Shown here piece after piece: positions 1-61,389 of a stretch of 64,000 nucleotides of DNA (within the stretch, counting starts at the first letter, position 1; the number at the start of each line of letters is the position of its first letter). A program made the translations under genes and the position numbers. The DNA is from Chrysemys picta bellii (Eukaryota), in contig NC_088794.1 in NCBI RefSeq assembly GCF_011386835.1, positions 142,910,001 through 142,974,000 of the forward strand. The letters run 5' to 3'. The notes below the pieces were generated by a model, which was not told the DNA's origin, did not search any database, and was given only the letters and a program-made list of their open reading frames with translations.

Positions 1-639
1 AAAAAGCACCGAAAGAAATCTAGTTTTTGAAGTTTCAACAGCTTTATACAGACTTCTGTGCTTATGGAAGGTAGGCCAGGTTTTACTGGATGCAGACCAT
101 GGAAATCAAACAAACATGGAAAACCACTCTTCTGCCCACAAAAGGCCTGAATACATATAATGGAAACAGCAGGAAATTGCTGTTAAATTTAGTAAAATAT
201 TTATGTAACCTTTGGCTGTATTCTCACAACAGCCCTGTGATGGTGTGGCAAAACCAAACAGCAGCATGCAATATCTTACTACTTTACTTATAAAAGCTTC
301 GTTTTTGTAACATATGACCATAATGAAGGAGTGTGGGATGACAGATTGAGAAAGGCACTGGCAGGAACTCCGGAGTTCTTATTTCAGCTTTGCCACTGCC
401 CCATGACCCAATCACATAGGTAGCTGAATGATTCCTGAAGGTGCACAGCAACCTGAATTCTCATTAAACCACTAAAATTAGTAGCTGCTTAGGTGCAAGT
501 GATCATGATTTGATTAAACTGTTATGTGCAGAATAAAGCTCAAACCAGTGATATATTATATACTTATTGCTTTAAAAAAGCCAATTTCACAAATCTAATA
601 ATTATGAACCAAATCCGCTGGAAGAGAGAATTTAAGCAT

Positions 640-1043
640 TGGCCAAGGACAGCAATTGTGAGTGGGGTGCAGAGAAGGCACGGGCATGTTTAAGGGACTT
701 TTGGGTTGCTGGACTTATAAACTGGAGGGGAAAAGGACACTGCCCAACTTACTTGGGGTGGGTCTTTCGCTCATGGTTTGTTTATGAACCCTAGTTGCAG
801 TGTTTTCCCAAATTAATACTGAGTCATTTCCCTCCTTTTATTAAAAGTTTTTGCTACCCTCAGACTCTGTGCTTGCGAGAGGGGAAGTATTGCCTCTTAG
901 AGGCGCCCAGGGGGTGGTGTGTAATTGTCCCAGGTTACTGGGTGGGGGCTCGAGCTGGTTTTGTGTTTTATTGTTGAAAAGGAACCCCTAGATACTGAAC
1001 CTGGCCCTTGTTGCTGCTGACTCCACCTGGCAGAAGGGTTATA
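640..1043 (+). mobile_element. ERV LTR 3' portion
   Basis: ATTAAA at ~841 and U5-like end gcagaagggttata; 5' boundary uncertain. Confidence 0.5.
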
Positions 1044-2968
1044 TTTGCATAAGTGTCACTGAATTAAAAAGTTAGTTTTCTAGAATATTTCAAAGGCTAG
1101 TACTGTATACATAGCAGTTGCAAATTAAAACCTACATAAATGTACATTTATATCTACCCACTATGCAGTACAAACTGGTCAGCAATCTACTGCTACTGGT
1201 GCACAACTTTCAGTACGAGACAGATCTGGTCAGAACATTTCAATTGAAATGCTTTTGTAAACAGTTGTGAGACACTTTTTTATTTAAGAATATGCAATGT
1301 GAAAACGTTAGTATACTGCAAAATGCTGATATTTGCCATTTTTGCTGCGGGCTAAACTGCTTAATCATTTCTGAAAAAAAATAGTTGTCCATTCAAAACC
1401 AATAAAAATCTTAGAATACATTGTCATTTGGCAGCTTTAATCAATAAAACAGAACATTACGGTGCTGAAATTAATAAAAACTAGTCATAGTGCAGTATAT
1501 TTTTGGAACTGAGCAAAGAATGACATCTTTCTTATTTTGGGTATCACTGTTTCACCTTGCCTACAATCTTACGACACCACTTCACAGCTCCACATCATAC
1601 CTGATCCTAGTGTACATCAAATAAGCTTTCAAATAATACATGATGTGGATGTGTGTGGGGTAGGGTACAATAAACTCCAAAAATATGACCCTTTTTGAAG
1701 AATTGCCACATAGCTATTTCAGCCAGTACCCTTTCCCCCCCAAAAGAACTAAAAACAAATGCATGCCATTTGTACAAAGCTTCCCATTCCCAACTGAATC
1801 TTACTGTTCCTTAAATTAATCATGTGCCCTAGAGAAGGAGGAGAGTTTGGAACAAGAAATAAACACATACATATGCCAAATGAACACAAAAAATGAAGGT
1901 AGGAAGAGCTGGACACTCATTTGAGAAATACACATATACACAACCAAATCTTACATTTTTCTGTGCTGCTCTGTCACTAATAATATTTCCTAAAAGCATG
2001 GAGGGAACTCTGGGGAGCAGCTTGGCAAGTCTTGTCTGATGGGATTGGACTGAAATTGGCTATAGACACTGTCAAAGTTGTAAAGACCTGACTGAATGAA
2101 ACTTGACATGTTCCTGAAGTTTCAGTCCTGTTAGAATGCAAAAATGAGAAATGCAAACTGAAAGCTGATTTGAAAAAGTTCTTCAGGACATAAATTGACC
2201 TAATGTGTTGGTGCCAAAAGAAAGAAAGAAAAAATCGGTATGGATTTCTGCTGCAGGGGATGAGAAAAAGAGCTCTTTTAGGAGATGGGATAGGAGAAGG
2301 GATTATTGACAGATAAAAGACTGCTCTGACTAGACACAATATTAAGAAGGAAGTTTGGATGAATATGCAAAAGCACTGCTTGACTCTATTATACAAATAG
2401 TAGCATGAATCAGTCACTATGGCATGGAGCTCACAGATTCTAATAAGTGGTTGTGACTGCTATCAGAATACTTGCATGTCTAAAAGTAGCTGAGTTTTCA
2501 CAGTTTTGGCTCAAAAGAGGTGTACTATTACCTCAGTATCAAGATTACAGTGATTCAATATAATAGCAGGACTTTATACAGCTTTTAAAGATTTCAAGTA
2601 CTTAATGTCCCTGATAGGCCTGATTAGAGACCTATAAACATGCCATACCAGATCAAACCAATGACCATGGAGTCAGATAACTTGCTTGTGATCAATACCA
2701 AATGCTTGAGAGGAAGACAAACAAGCCCCATAATATATCTGTCCAGTTATGCAATGCTGTACAAGGAGAGTGGGAGAAGAGAAGATTGGGATAATTAGTT
2801 TGACTTCCGTGGGTCCAGAAGCTGATGAGAGAGACACTGTCTGGTGGATACAGCAAGCAGCACTTGTTTTCTATTCCAGGCTCTGCCAGAAATTGACCTT
2901 CACTCAACTTCTTTGTGCTTCAGTCTAAGTCAGTGCACTCTAGGGTGTCTCTGAGCCACAGAGTTAAA

Positions 2969-3272
2969 GGGTACATCCAGACTACCCGCCATATCGGTGG
3001 GTAGCGATCGATTCATTGGGGATCGATATATCGCGTCTCGTTAAGATGTGATATATCGATCCCCGAACGCACTCCCCATCGACTCCGGAACTCCACCGGA
3101 GCGAGCGGCGGTAGCGGAGTCGACGGGGGATCCCGCGCCGTCGATCCCGCGCCGTGAGGACCCAAGGTAAATCGATCTAAGATACTTCGACTTCAGCTAC
3201 GCTATTCACGTAGCTGAAGTTGCATATCTTAGATCGATCTCCCCCCCCCCCCCCCTCAGTGTAGACCAGCCC
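2969..3272. mobile_element. CpG-rich Harbinger/PIF-type MITE
   Basis: GGGTACATCCAGACT...AGTGTAGACCAGCCC, 3-bp TSD AAA; related to 39628-39922. Confidence 0.75.
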
Positions 3273-3610
3273 AAAGGGTCAGTGGCAGTCGAAGGAGTAG
3301 CCACTGCTGTTGCAGATTGGGAGGAGCACACTTTCCCCCCTGAAGGGAGTGGGGAGGGGGCAATCCTACGCTGCCAGTCCCCCTCCCATCCCAATAACTG
3401 AGGATGGAAGAAGTGAGCCAAAGAGCCTAGGAGAGAGACCAGCTGGATGCTCCCAGTGATGTCAGAGATGCCTGAGTGGGTGGCAAAAGGCCACCGGGCT
3501 TCCTTGCCAGAAGACACTCAAGTTAGGTGGGGAGAAGAGAGCATCCCAGGCTTGTCGTCCTCCAGGGACTGCCTTTTTCAGCAAAAGAATACAGGAATTA
3601 CAAAAGTTCA

Positions 3611-52782
<49,172 letters not shown>

Positions 52783-52820
52783 TTTCTGAGTATGTAAAAG
52801 TAATAATCATAGTAGAGTAT
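52783..52820 (-). other. LRRC9: 5'UTR part of LRRC9 exon 2
   Basis: Acceptor tcattctttcaagcag| at 52821-52836, 38 nt upstream of the ATG. Confidence 0.7.
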
Positions 52821-53553
52821 CTGCTTGAAAGAATGACAATATAATTATCTGTTGTGTATCCACCCACATAATTTAAAAGCCACAGAATTTCAAATAAGTT
52901 TTTTTTTTTGGCGGGGGGAGGGGGGGGGGAAGAATCTCAGTTCCAAATAGATACAGTTCCAACAGGTGTGTCTTTCACAGGATCACAATTACGTTAATGG
53001 AAGAAAATTAGCAATGTTTGGAATTATTATTTTTTTATTTATATTCATAGAGTTTAAAGTCAGAAGAGACCACAGATTTTAAGGTTGATCATCTAATATG
53101 ACCTCTTGTATAACACAGACCAAAGAATTGTATCCAGTTACCCCTGTAATGAACCTGATAACTCATGTTTGACTAAAACATGTCTTTCAGAAAGCATCCA
53201 GTTTTGACTTGAAGACATCAGGAGATGGAGAATCCACTACTTCCCTTGATAGTTTGTTCCAATGGTTAATCACGCTCACTATTAAAAACGTGTGCCTTAT
53301 TTTGCCCTTGAATTTGTCTGATTTTAAGTTCAAGATATTGGTACTCACTATGCCTTTCTCACCTAGTTTAAAGAGACCTTTACTACTTGGTATTTTCTCC
53401 CCATGAAGGTACTTATGCCTCTCAATCTTCTTTTTCATAAACTAAATAGATTGAATTATTTAAGGTTTCAGAGTAGCAGCCGTGTTAGTCTGTATCCGCA
53501 AAAAGAAGAACAGGAGGACTTGTGGCACCTTAGAGACTAACAAATTTATTAGA

Positions 53554-53593
53554 GCATAAGCTTTCGTGGACTACAGCCCACTTCTTCGGATGC
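53554..53593 (-). ncRNA. Hammerhead motif, CCGAAGA variant, sense to LRRC9 pre-mRNA
   Basis: Exact reverse complement of 54102-54141. Confidence 0.55.
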
Positions 53594-54101
53594 ATATAGA
53601 ATGGAACATATATTGAGGAGATATATATACACACATACAGAGAGCATAAACAGGTGGGAGTTGTCTTACCACCTCTGAGAGGCCAATTAATTAAGAGAAA
53701 AAAAAAAACTTTTGAAGTGATAATCAAGCTAGCCCAGTACAGACAGACAGTTAGATAACAAGTGTGAGAACTATATTACAACAGAAAAACTTCAAAAACA
53801 GACTCCAACGAAAAACTGCTGAGTTAGAATTGATATGCAAACTAGACACAATCAACTCCGGTTTGAATAAGGACTGGGAATGGCTGAGCCATTACAAACA
53901 TTGAATCTATCTCCCCTTGTAAGTGTTCTCACACTTGTTATCTAACTGTCTGTCTGTACTGGGCTAGCTTGATTATCACTTCAAAAGTTTTTTTTTTCTC
54001 TTAATTAATTGGCCTCTCAGAGGTGGTAAGACAACTCCCACCTGTTTATGCTCTCTGTATGTGTGTATATATATCTCCTCAATATATGTTCCATTCTATA
54101 T

Positions 54102-54141
54102 GCATCCGAAGAAGTGGGCTGTAGTCCACGAAAGCTTATGC
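54102..54141 (+). ncRNA. Hammerhead motif, CCGAAGA core variant
   Basis: GCAU-CCGAAGA-A-GUGGG(cuguag)UCCAC-GAAA-GC-UU-AUGC. Confidence 0.55.
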
Positions 54142-55479
54142 TCTAATGAATTATTTAAGTTTCTCACTGTAAGGCATTTTCTGCAGCCCCAAATCATTTT
54201 AATGGCTCCCTCTCCAATCATTTTCTGCTCCCTCTCCAATTTTCCAACATCCTTTTTAAACTATGGACACTAGAACTAGATGCAGTATTCCAGTATCAGT
54301 CTGACCAATGCTGTATACAGAGATAAAAATTACCTATCTATTCCTGCTCACTACTCTCCTGTTTATACATTAAAGTCCTTTTTCTCCACAGTACCAAACT
54401 GGAAATTCATGTTCAGTTGTTTGAGCACTATGGTATAGGATGCACTCTTTGTTCCTAGATGTTTGACCTTTCATTTTGCTGCATTAAAACACATATCTGT
54501 TGTATCTGCCTTTTTAATTTGTTGCTCTTGCTGTTAATAAAAGGAAAGGAAAGGCACCTTAAAACTAGTCACAATGTTTCATAAATTCATTATTCCTCAA
54601 GAAGGAAATTCCCAAATTAAGAGGTAAAGAACCCACATGCAGATATGAAAATATGCTGAAGACATCAAAACATAACAGAGATGTCCTGCTAAGAATGGAC
54701 CACTTTTTTGTTACACACATTTTTTAAGTGATCACATACAGTCACATTAGCTAATCCTTAACGTTATCAGTTTGATATTAGTATAAACAATATTGTAATT
54801 TACATCGCAACTTTCTTCTCCAAGAAACTGAAAGCACTTTACACATTTTATTTAATAAAATATGTACAGACTACACACAACGGATCATTCCAGTCACCTT
54901 TGAAAGGCTGCTGCAATATTTAACACAAAGTATCTCTACCCATCAGTTTAAGGCTGGAAATGTAGAATATTTTATCCAGTTGAAATTGCTGGGGAAATTG
55001 AAATAGGTGGAATTGAATGAGATAAGAGTTAGAATGTAGATAGAATACCAGAGCTAACCCTGCTACTCTTGGGATCATAAAGAACTACACAGAATCAATA
55101 TGGTTTTTCCAACTCATCCAAAAGATGACACACCCAGCAGCAGCATAACTCCTGGCACAGTTTTGGGGGCATTATTTCTGTACTACTAAGACTGAGGGGA
55201 AAATGCCACCTACTTAATCACTAACATCACTTCTATCAGGGCAATGTCCTGCTGGCACAATGTCAGTTGGTATCAGTTCAGGACTGATGCAGAGGGGAAA
55301 ACACTGAGTCTTCCATCAGCAACCTCCCACAGTCCTGTGCCCTGGGGTTATCAGGTCAGGAGAGGAAAGCATCCCCACTCCATCACTATTTTGGATTTCG
55401 TGAAGAGGGGGCTTAATTCAGTGGGTGGGGGACAGACACAGCTGAAGACAACATAGGCAGCAGGGGCTTGAAACCCTTC

Positions 55480-56275
55480 CTGGGAGTAGATAGGCGTGTG
55501 GGGGGGCACAGGCAGGGGATACCCCCTTTGGAGGTGAGGGGGAAAGGATTGGGAAGAAGGGTGCCAGGCATGGGATACCCTCTTTGGAGATCAGGGGTGT
55601 TGGGAAGGTGGGTGCCACATGGGGATCCCAGGCTCTGCAAAGGGGGTAAGGGTGCCAGGCTGGGGATACGCCCTTTGGGAGTGAGGGGTGGGAAGGGGAG
55701 TCCCAGGAGGATACCCCCTTTGTGGGCAGAAGGCTGGGAAGGGGGGGCCTAGGCAGGGGACACCCCCTTTGGGGGTGAGGGGTGGGAAGGCGGGGCCAGG
55801 CAGGGTTACCCCCCTTGGGGGCAGAAGGCTGAGAAGGGGGGGCAGGAACGGGACACCCCCTTTGGGAGTGGGAAGGGAGCCCAGGCGGAGGGACACCCCC
55901 TTTGGGGGTGGAGGGTGGGAAGGGGGCCCAGGCAGAGGGACACCCCCTTTGGGGGCAGAGGGCTGGGAAGGGGGGGTTCGGGTGGGGGTGGGAAGGGGGG
56001 GTCCAGGCAGAGGGAAACCCCCTTTGGGGGTGGAGGGCTGGGAAGGGGGGGGCCCAGGCAGAGGGACACCCCCTTTGCTGGCAAGGGATGGGAAGGGGGG
56101 GACCAGGCGGGGGACACCCCCTTTGGGGACGGGGGGTGAGAAGGGGGGCCAGGCGGGGGACACCCCCTTTGGGGGTGGGGGTAGGAAGGGGGCAGGCGGG
56201 GGACACCCCTTTGGGGGTGAGGGGTGGGAAGGGGAGTCCAGGCGGGGGACACCCCCTTTGGGAGTGGGAGGGGGG
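55480..56275. repeat. G-rich minisatellite, ~15 units of ~46 bp, at the start of intron 1
   Basis: Recurrent GGGAAGGGGGG-CCAGGC-RGGGACACCCCCTTTGG motif. Confidence 0.9.
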
Positions 56276-56296
56276 CCACCACGGGCAGTCACGTAC

Positions 56297-56390
56297 CTGG
56301 GCCTCCGAGGACCCAGCGTGGGCAGGACCGGAGCGGGCTGAACGCGGCGGACTCTGTGTACAGCAGCCTCTGCCGTCGCCTAGGAAACCA
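56297..56390 (-). other. LRRC9: Putative non-coding exon 1 of LRRC9 (5' end approximate)
   Basis: Donor CCAG|GTACGT at 56297/56296 inside a short CpG-rich stretch upstream of the first coding exon; the TSS cannot be read from the sequence. Confidence 0.6.
56375..56388. promoter_or_regulatory. RFX X-box
   Basis: GTCGCCTAGGAAAC closely resembles the GTTGCCATGGCAAC-type X-box typical of ciliary gene promoters. Confidence 0.7.
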
Positions 56391-56435
56391 TCTCCCCGCC
56401 CCCGCAGAGGAGCAGCAAACCTGGAGGAAAGACGG

Positions 56436-56447
56436 TGTCACGTGACA
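56436..56447. promoter_or_regulatory. Palindromic E-box (USF/MiT-TFE type)
   Basis: Perfect 12-bp palindrome TGTCACGTGACA. Confidence 0.55.
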
Positions 56448-56499
56448 GTGGTGGGGGCGGGGCTTCTACCTCTTTCTCTACAGTGGCGCGGGGTGGAGC

Positions 56500-56800
56500 A
56501 GATCTGCCCCTCCCTCCATCCACCGTCTCTCTCCGGGGAGAGGGGCTCAGACCTGCCCCCCAGTCTCTCTCCGGGGGGGCTCAGAGCTGCCCCCCAGTTT
56601 CTCTCCAGGGTGGCAGAGGGGCTCAGACCTGCCCCCCAGTCTCTCTCCGGGGGGGCTCAGAGCTGCCCCACAGTCTCTCTCCAGGGTGGCAGAGGGGATC
56701 AGACGTGCCTCCCCAGTCTCTCTCCGGGGGGGGGGGGGGGCTCAGAGCTGCCCCCTGGCTCTCTCCAGGATGGGAGAGGGGCTCAGACGTGCCCACCCCT
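56500..56800. repeat. GC-rich minisatellite with a 76-bp higher-order (34+42) unit, upstream of the promoter
   Basis: CTCAGA anchors at 56546, 56580, 56622, 56656, 56698, 56741, 56782. Confidence 0.85.
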
Positions 56801-58358
56801 CCACACCGTGTCCTCTGTGAGGCCCAGCCCCAAGGGTCACTCCCTGGGGCGAAGTGCTCACACGAGGGGCACTGGCAGTGCAGAGAAGAGAAGTGACCTA
56901 CCCCACCTTCCTCTTGCTGGAAAGGATACAAAGCACTCTCCAGTCCCACCCCATCTCTGAAGTCCTACATGGAATCCCTACATAGAATTATCTGCCTTAG
57001 AGCTGAAAGCAGCAATAACCCTTGTAGAATGTGATCTGTTAGGATAAAAAGAATGGTGGGCCTTGATTCTCTCCTGAGATCAGTTTTATGCTGGTGTACG
57101 TATCCTGATTTCAGCAGAGTTACACCAGACCAAGGTAGAGAAGAATCAGGCCCCAGGTCCTTCACATAGTGGGAAGAAAAGGGAAGGCGGTAGCATCCTG
57201 TACTCTTTACAAATGAAAATTTAACACATTTATGCTTGTGTTAAAAACACGGTATTCCCCAAAGGTACAACTCTAGTTCTGTGCTATTAGTTTCAGTTGA
57301 GATGACTGGTTCTCTCTGGATCTCTAGATATGTCGTTGTCAGCCTATAAGCGACTTTGCCAAATATCCTGAAGCTTGTAGCCAGGTAGACACTTTTATTC
57401 TGGCTCATTTGCCTTTCTTGATCTGGGTGACTCTTGTACACAAAAGAAAGTTGCACAGGTTTAACTTCAAATGTGAATGTAGACAGCTATGTAGACACTC
57501 TTCCTTCAGTTAGAGTGGCTTATTTGTTCTTCACTTAAATTGATTAGAAATTTAAATTTAAGATAAACCAAAGTGATCCACTCCTAAGCTGAAATAAGTA
57601 TCCACACAGCTTTTTGCACCCATGTAACTGTATCTATTTAAAAACTAAATTAAATCTGTAATTTTCTTGGGTAGACAATAGGACTGGTTGAAAGATGTCC
57701 ATCAAAACTGTTTTTTGATAGAAATTTTTTATGAAAAGTCTGCTTTCTATGGAAATTTTTGAATTTTCATGTAAAACGTTTTTGTCTGAAAACATGTTTC
57801 TAATTTATTTGCATCAAAATTTTCCACAACTCCCCCATTTTCCAACCAGCCCTACTAGACAAACCCTAACCTCAAGCTCTTTCATGTATTTGCATCGCTC
57901 TTTCATGTCACCAGATGTCACTCTGATTCCATATAATGCAACTTTCATTCATTTAATATGTGATTAAAGATTTTCTATTAGGGACCTGCATACCTCTCAG
58001 CTATCAGCATTGCATCCGACTTATTACTTCACATAAATGTGGTAGGCTTTTTTGTACCAAATAAAGTGAATCAATTTTTATATGCCTTTTTAGCATTCCA
58101 CATAAATCATAACTCACATATAACATACACAAAGAAGCACAAAACCCTTTTATATAAAATGAGGTTAAAAGCATGGTAGTTATGACTGGTGATGAAAAGA
58201 ATGCTCATTTTTTCACTTCAGAGAAAAAACAGCCATCAGTTTTCTACCCTGCTTAATTTAATTTCCATTTCTGCTGCACGAATTTAAATGCTACTACACT
58301 GGGTTCTGCGATAAAAGTCTGTCTTGCCTAGTAAGTGACTTTAATTTATTTTCTAAAT

Positions 58359-58761
58359 CAGTGGTTTTCAACCTGTGGTCTGCGGATCCCTGGGGATCCA
58401 CAGACTATGTCTAAGGGGTCCATAAAAGGTGATGATGAAAATAAAGATTCAGATCCCAGAAAAGGCAGTCCATTTTTCTGATCAGTCAAAAGTATGTGAA
58501 TACCCCCACCTACAGGTCAAAACCTGGAAGTGTTGTCGTTAGTACAGAAGTCCACAGTTTAACACCCTTTCTCTCACAAGCTGCGTTAAATGCCATGCCA
58601 TGCACGTGTAACATTTATAGTTGAATTCTGTTCAGTCAATTTTCAGTCTAAGACTTCCATGGTAGGGGTCCGTGGACCACAGGTTGAATTTCCAGAGTGG
58701 TCCATGCCTCCATTTGAAATTTTTTAGGTGTTCACAAATGAAAAAAGGTTGAAAACCACTG
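58359..58761. mobile_element. Non-autonomous hAT element
   Basis: Perfect 16-bp TIR CAGTGGTTTTCAACCT, TSD TTCTAAAT/TTCTAGAT. Confidence 0.88.
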
Positions 58762-59295
58762 TTCTAGATCAACAAACAAGGCGCCATGGGGCCAGATCCT
58801 CAGCTGGTGTAAATCAGCACAGTTCCATTTTAGCTACACCGATTTACGCCAGTTGATTATCTGGCTCATAATTTTAAAACAGTGGTTAGACGGCCACCCA
58901 TTAAAAATAAGCACTTGTGTCCCAAACTGAATGGTTGGTAGTACTAATAGTAATAATAAGTAACCACTTTTGTTTTTGAGCCTGTAGCTGAATGACTCAT
59001 CATTGGAATCTGTTTGCATAATATCTCTAATCTCTTCAACTGCTACAGACATGCACAGAAGCACTGCAATATTAATTATGAGTTCAACTCAACAAGAAGC
59101 AAAACTGACATTACTGCTAGATAATTTCCTGCAGGTTTATGAAGCTGCTAACACTTATATAATGGTCACATGTACAGCATTTTCAAACTGTAAGGCAGCA
59201 GCTGTTAGGGCCTCTCTTTTAATGTAATGGATTTTCAAACCTCTCTCAAGATGACTGAATTAATCATTTCAAAGTTCTGCAGTGCGTTATAATTT

Positions 59296-59486
59296 AATTA
59301 ATGGAGATATCCCATCTCCTAGAACTGGAAGAGACCTTGAAAGGTCATTGAGTCCAGCCCCCTGCCTTCACTAGCAGGACCAAGTACTGATTTTGCCCCA
59401 GATCCCCAAGTGGCCCCCTCAAGGATTGAACTCACAACCCTGGGTTTAGCAGGCCAGTGCTCAAACCACTGAGCTATCCCTCCCCC
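59296..59486 (-). mobile_element. Tortoise-type PolIII/SINE, full length
   Basis: A box TAGCTCAGTGG, B box GTTCAATCC, CR1-like 3' end. Confidence 0.88.
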
Positions 59487-61389
59487 CTATCTTTTACCTT
59501 CTGCTCTGGTACATTCTGCTCTAATTCTGCTAAAACATTTCGATATCATTTTAGATCATTTCATAGGATAGTGAAGGGAATTGTTTAAGTGCTGATGATG
59601 CTTTACTACTGGACATTTACTTTCGGGCTTCTCCCTGTTATAGTTTTGCTGACTGCTGCATCAACTTTTGAAATCACTGATCATAGATTCTTTTGGATCA
59701 CTGTGCATCCTGGGTACGTATTTCTGCCATTGCCTTTTACTGCTGTTGGTATTTTTTTATAGCGCAGCAGGCAAAGTGTTTTTACTAGGAATGCTAAGCA
59801 GACATCATTGTATTTGTTTCTGGCATCCTTACCATCCTTAAATCAATATAGTTTGCAATCTATATGCGGCTCTTAGGCAGCCACTTGTAAACTGTCACGT
59901 GTATGCTTCTGACTTCTAATGTGTCTTTCATTATATCAAAATACTTCCAGTATCATTTCTGCCTACCTACTTACATTATATAAAACATCAGATTAAGTGC
60001 TTAGATACTATGGTGATGGGCACTGTAAAAATACCTAAAACAGGTTACATTTTAGAAACCAGATTTTCAATGAGTTGAATGAATTGTAGTGAATAAGACT
60101 GAAGAAATTTTAGCTGACTCTTAGTATCAATTAAGAAAGGTGACAGCTGTATGCTTAGTTCTGGCTCTATTTTTAATGAAGTTTAATTGACTAATAAAGT
60201 TATGTCTTTGGATAGGTTTAAAAAAACTTTTTCCAAGTAAGTCATTGTGTACACTAGGAAATCGCACTGTTTCAACAATTAGCTTAGGTGAAGAGATATT
60301 GACCATAGTTTATCCTTCTCTATATTTGCAGCTAAACTATGATCAACACTGGCTCACTTGAACAGAGTGGTGACATATGTTTGTGGAAACAGTGCTATTT
60401 TCTAGAATAGAGAAAGCCCTGATTATTTTTAAACTTGGTTGTGTTTTGGAGTGTAAAGCTATGGAAACTAATGCTGTATCTACACAGTCACTTTTGGAGA
60501 AAACTTCCACCATTGCACTGACTCCTTTCTAGTTCCATCAGTGGAAGAACAATGGGAGATGTAGTGTAGACAGGTCTAAGATGTTTTTACCACGATATTA
60601 ACGAATCACAGCAGATCTACACAACATTGTGGTAAAAATGCCAGCAGCTGGTCTACGCTAGCACTTCCACCATTGCCTACCATGAGTAGCAGTGGAATGG
60701 TGGTTAATTTCTCAAAAATCAATAGTGTAGACAGGGCATCATATACGTTATGTGTTTATATATCATCTGAATTACTGTAGCCTTGTCCTCTCTAGTCTCC
60801 CTGTTTCTTGGTTTTAAACTTTTGTAAACACACTGACTAATTGGGCCATTTTAAGCGATCTGGTTGACTGCTGTTGTGAATGAATATTTTGCTGCTCCTT
60901 ACAGTCACTTAGAGGCGACAGATCTAACTTTAAGCACCTAGCCCTACTTCAGTGAAAGTAACACCTCTTATAAGAACAGCCTTGTCTACACTACAAATGC
61001 TTCTGCTGGCAACTGCATATAGCTATGCCAGCAAAACCCAGTGTAGACGCAGCTATGCCAACAGAAGAATATTTCTGCTCGCATAGCATCGTTCAGGGAG
61101 GTGGTTTTATTATGTTGACAGAAAAACTGCTTCTGTCGTCAAAAGCTGTGTTTACTCTAGGAGGCGCTGCTGGTATAGCTATACTGGCAGAACATTTGTA
61201 GTGTGGAAGAGGCTTAAGATGTGCTGCAAGAATTTAAATCAAATTTGCCTTTTCTCTGTGGTCTCTACTATTCCCTTCCAGGTGCTAGACATTGCTCCCA
61301 AGTGTGAAACAGTCTCAACTGACAAAAGGTATTGTTCTTAGGAAATTATTATAAAACCAAGGCAAGATCATCCTCTAGTTTGTTAGCTG

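Larger units (their letters stand above)
53465..54146 (+). mobile_element. 5'-truncated Penelope-like element with inverted pLTR and GIY-YIG C-terminal ORF remnant
   Basis: Arms 53548-53771 and 53925-54147; spacer reads ILQQKNFKNRLQRKTAELELICKLDTINSGLNKDWEWLSHYKH* (53773-53904); TSD TGAATTATTTAAG at 53452-53464 and 54147-54159. Confidence 0.88.
53043..54480 (-). mobile_element. Old CR1 LINE 3' fragment, interrupted by the Penelope-like insertion
   Basis: INHWNKLSREVVDSPSPDVFKSKLD, ctatgaat tail near 53043. Confidence 0.85.
56270..56480. promoter_or_regulatory. CpG-rich core promoter of LRRC9 with GC boxes
   Basis: Dense CpGs in unique sequence; CCCCGCCCC 56394-56402 and GGGGCGGGG 56454-56462 (Sp/KLF type). 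Confidence 0.7.

Noticed and set aside
55480-56800. CRISPR-like array
   Set aside because: Vertebrate DNA, degenerate repeats without unique spacers, no cas genes.
55418-56960. Long ORFs of 150-352 aa on both strands
   Set aside because: They are Pro/Gly-rich translations of the two GC-rich minisatellites; open frames in all directions reflect a lack of stop codons.
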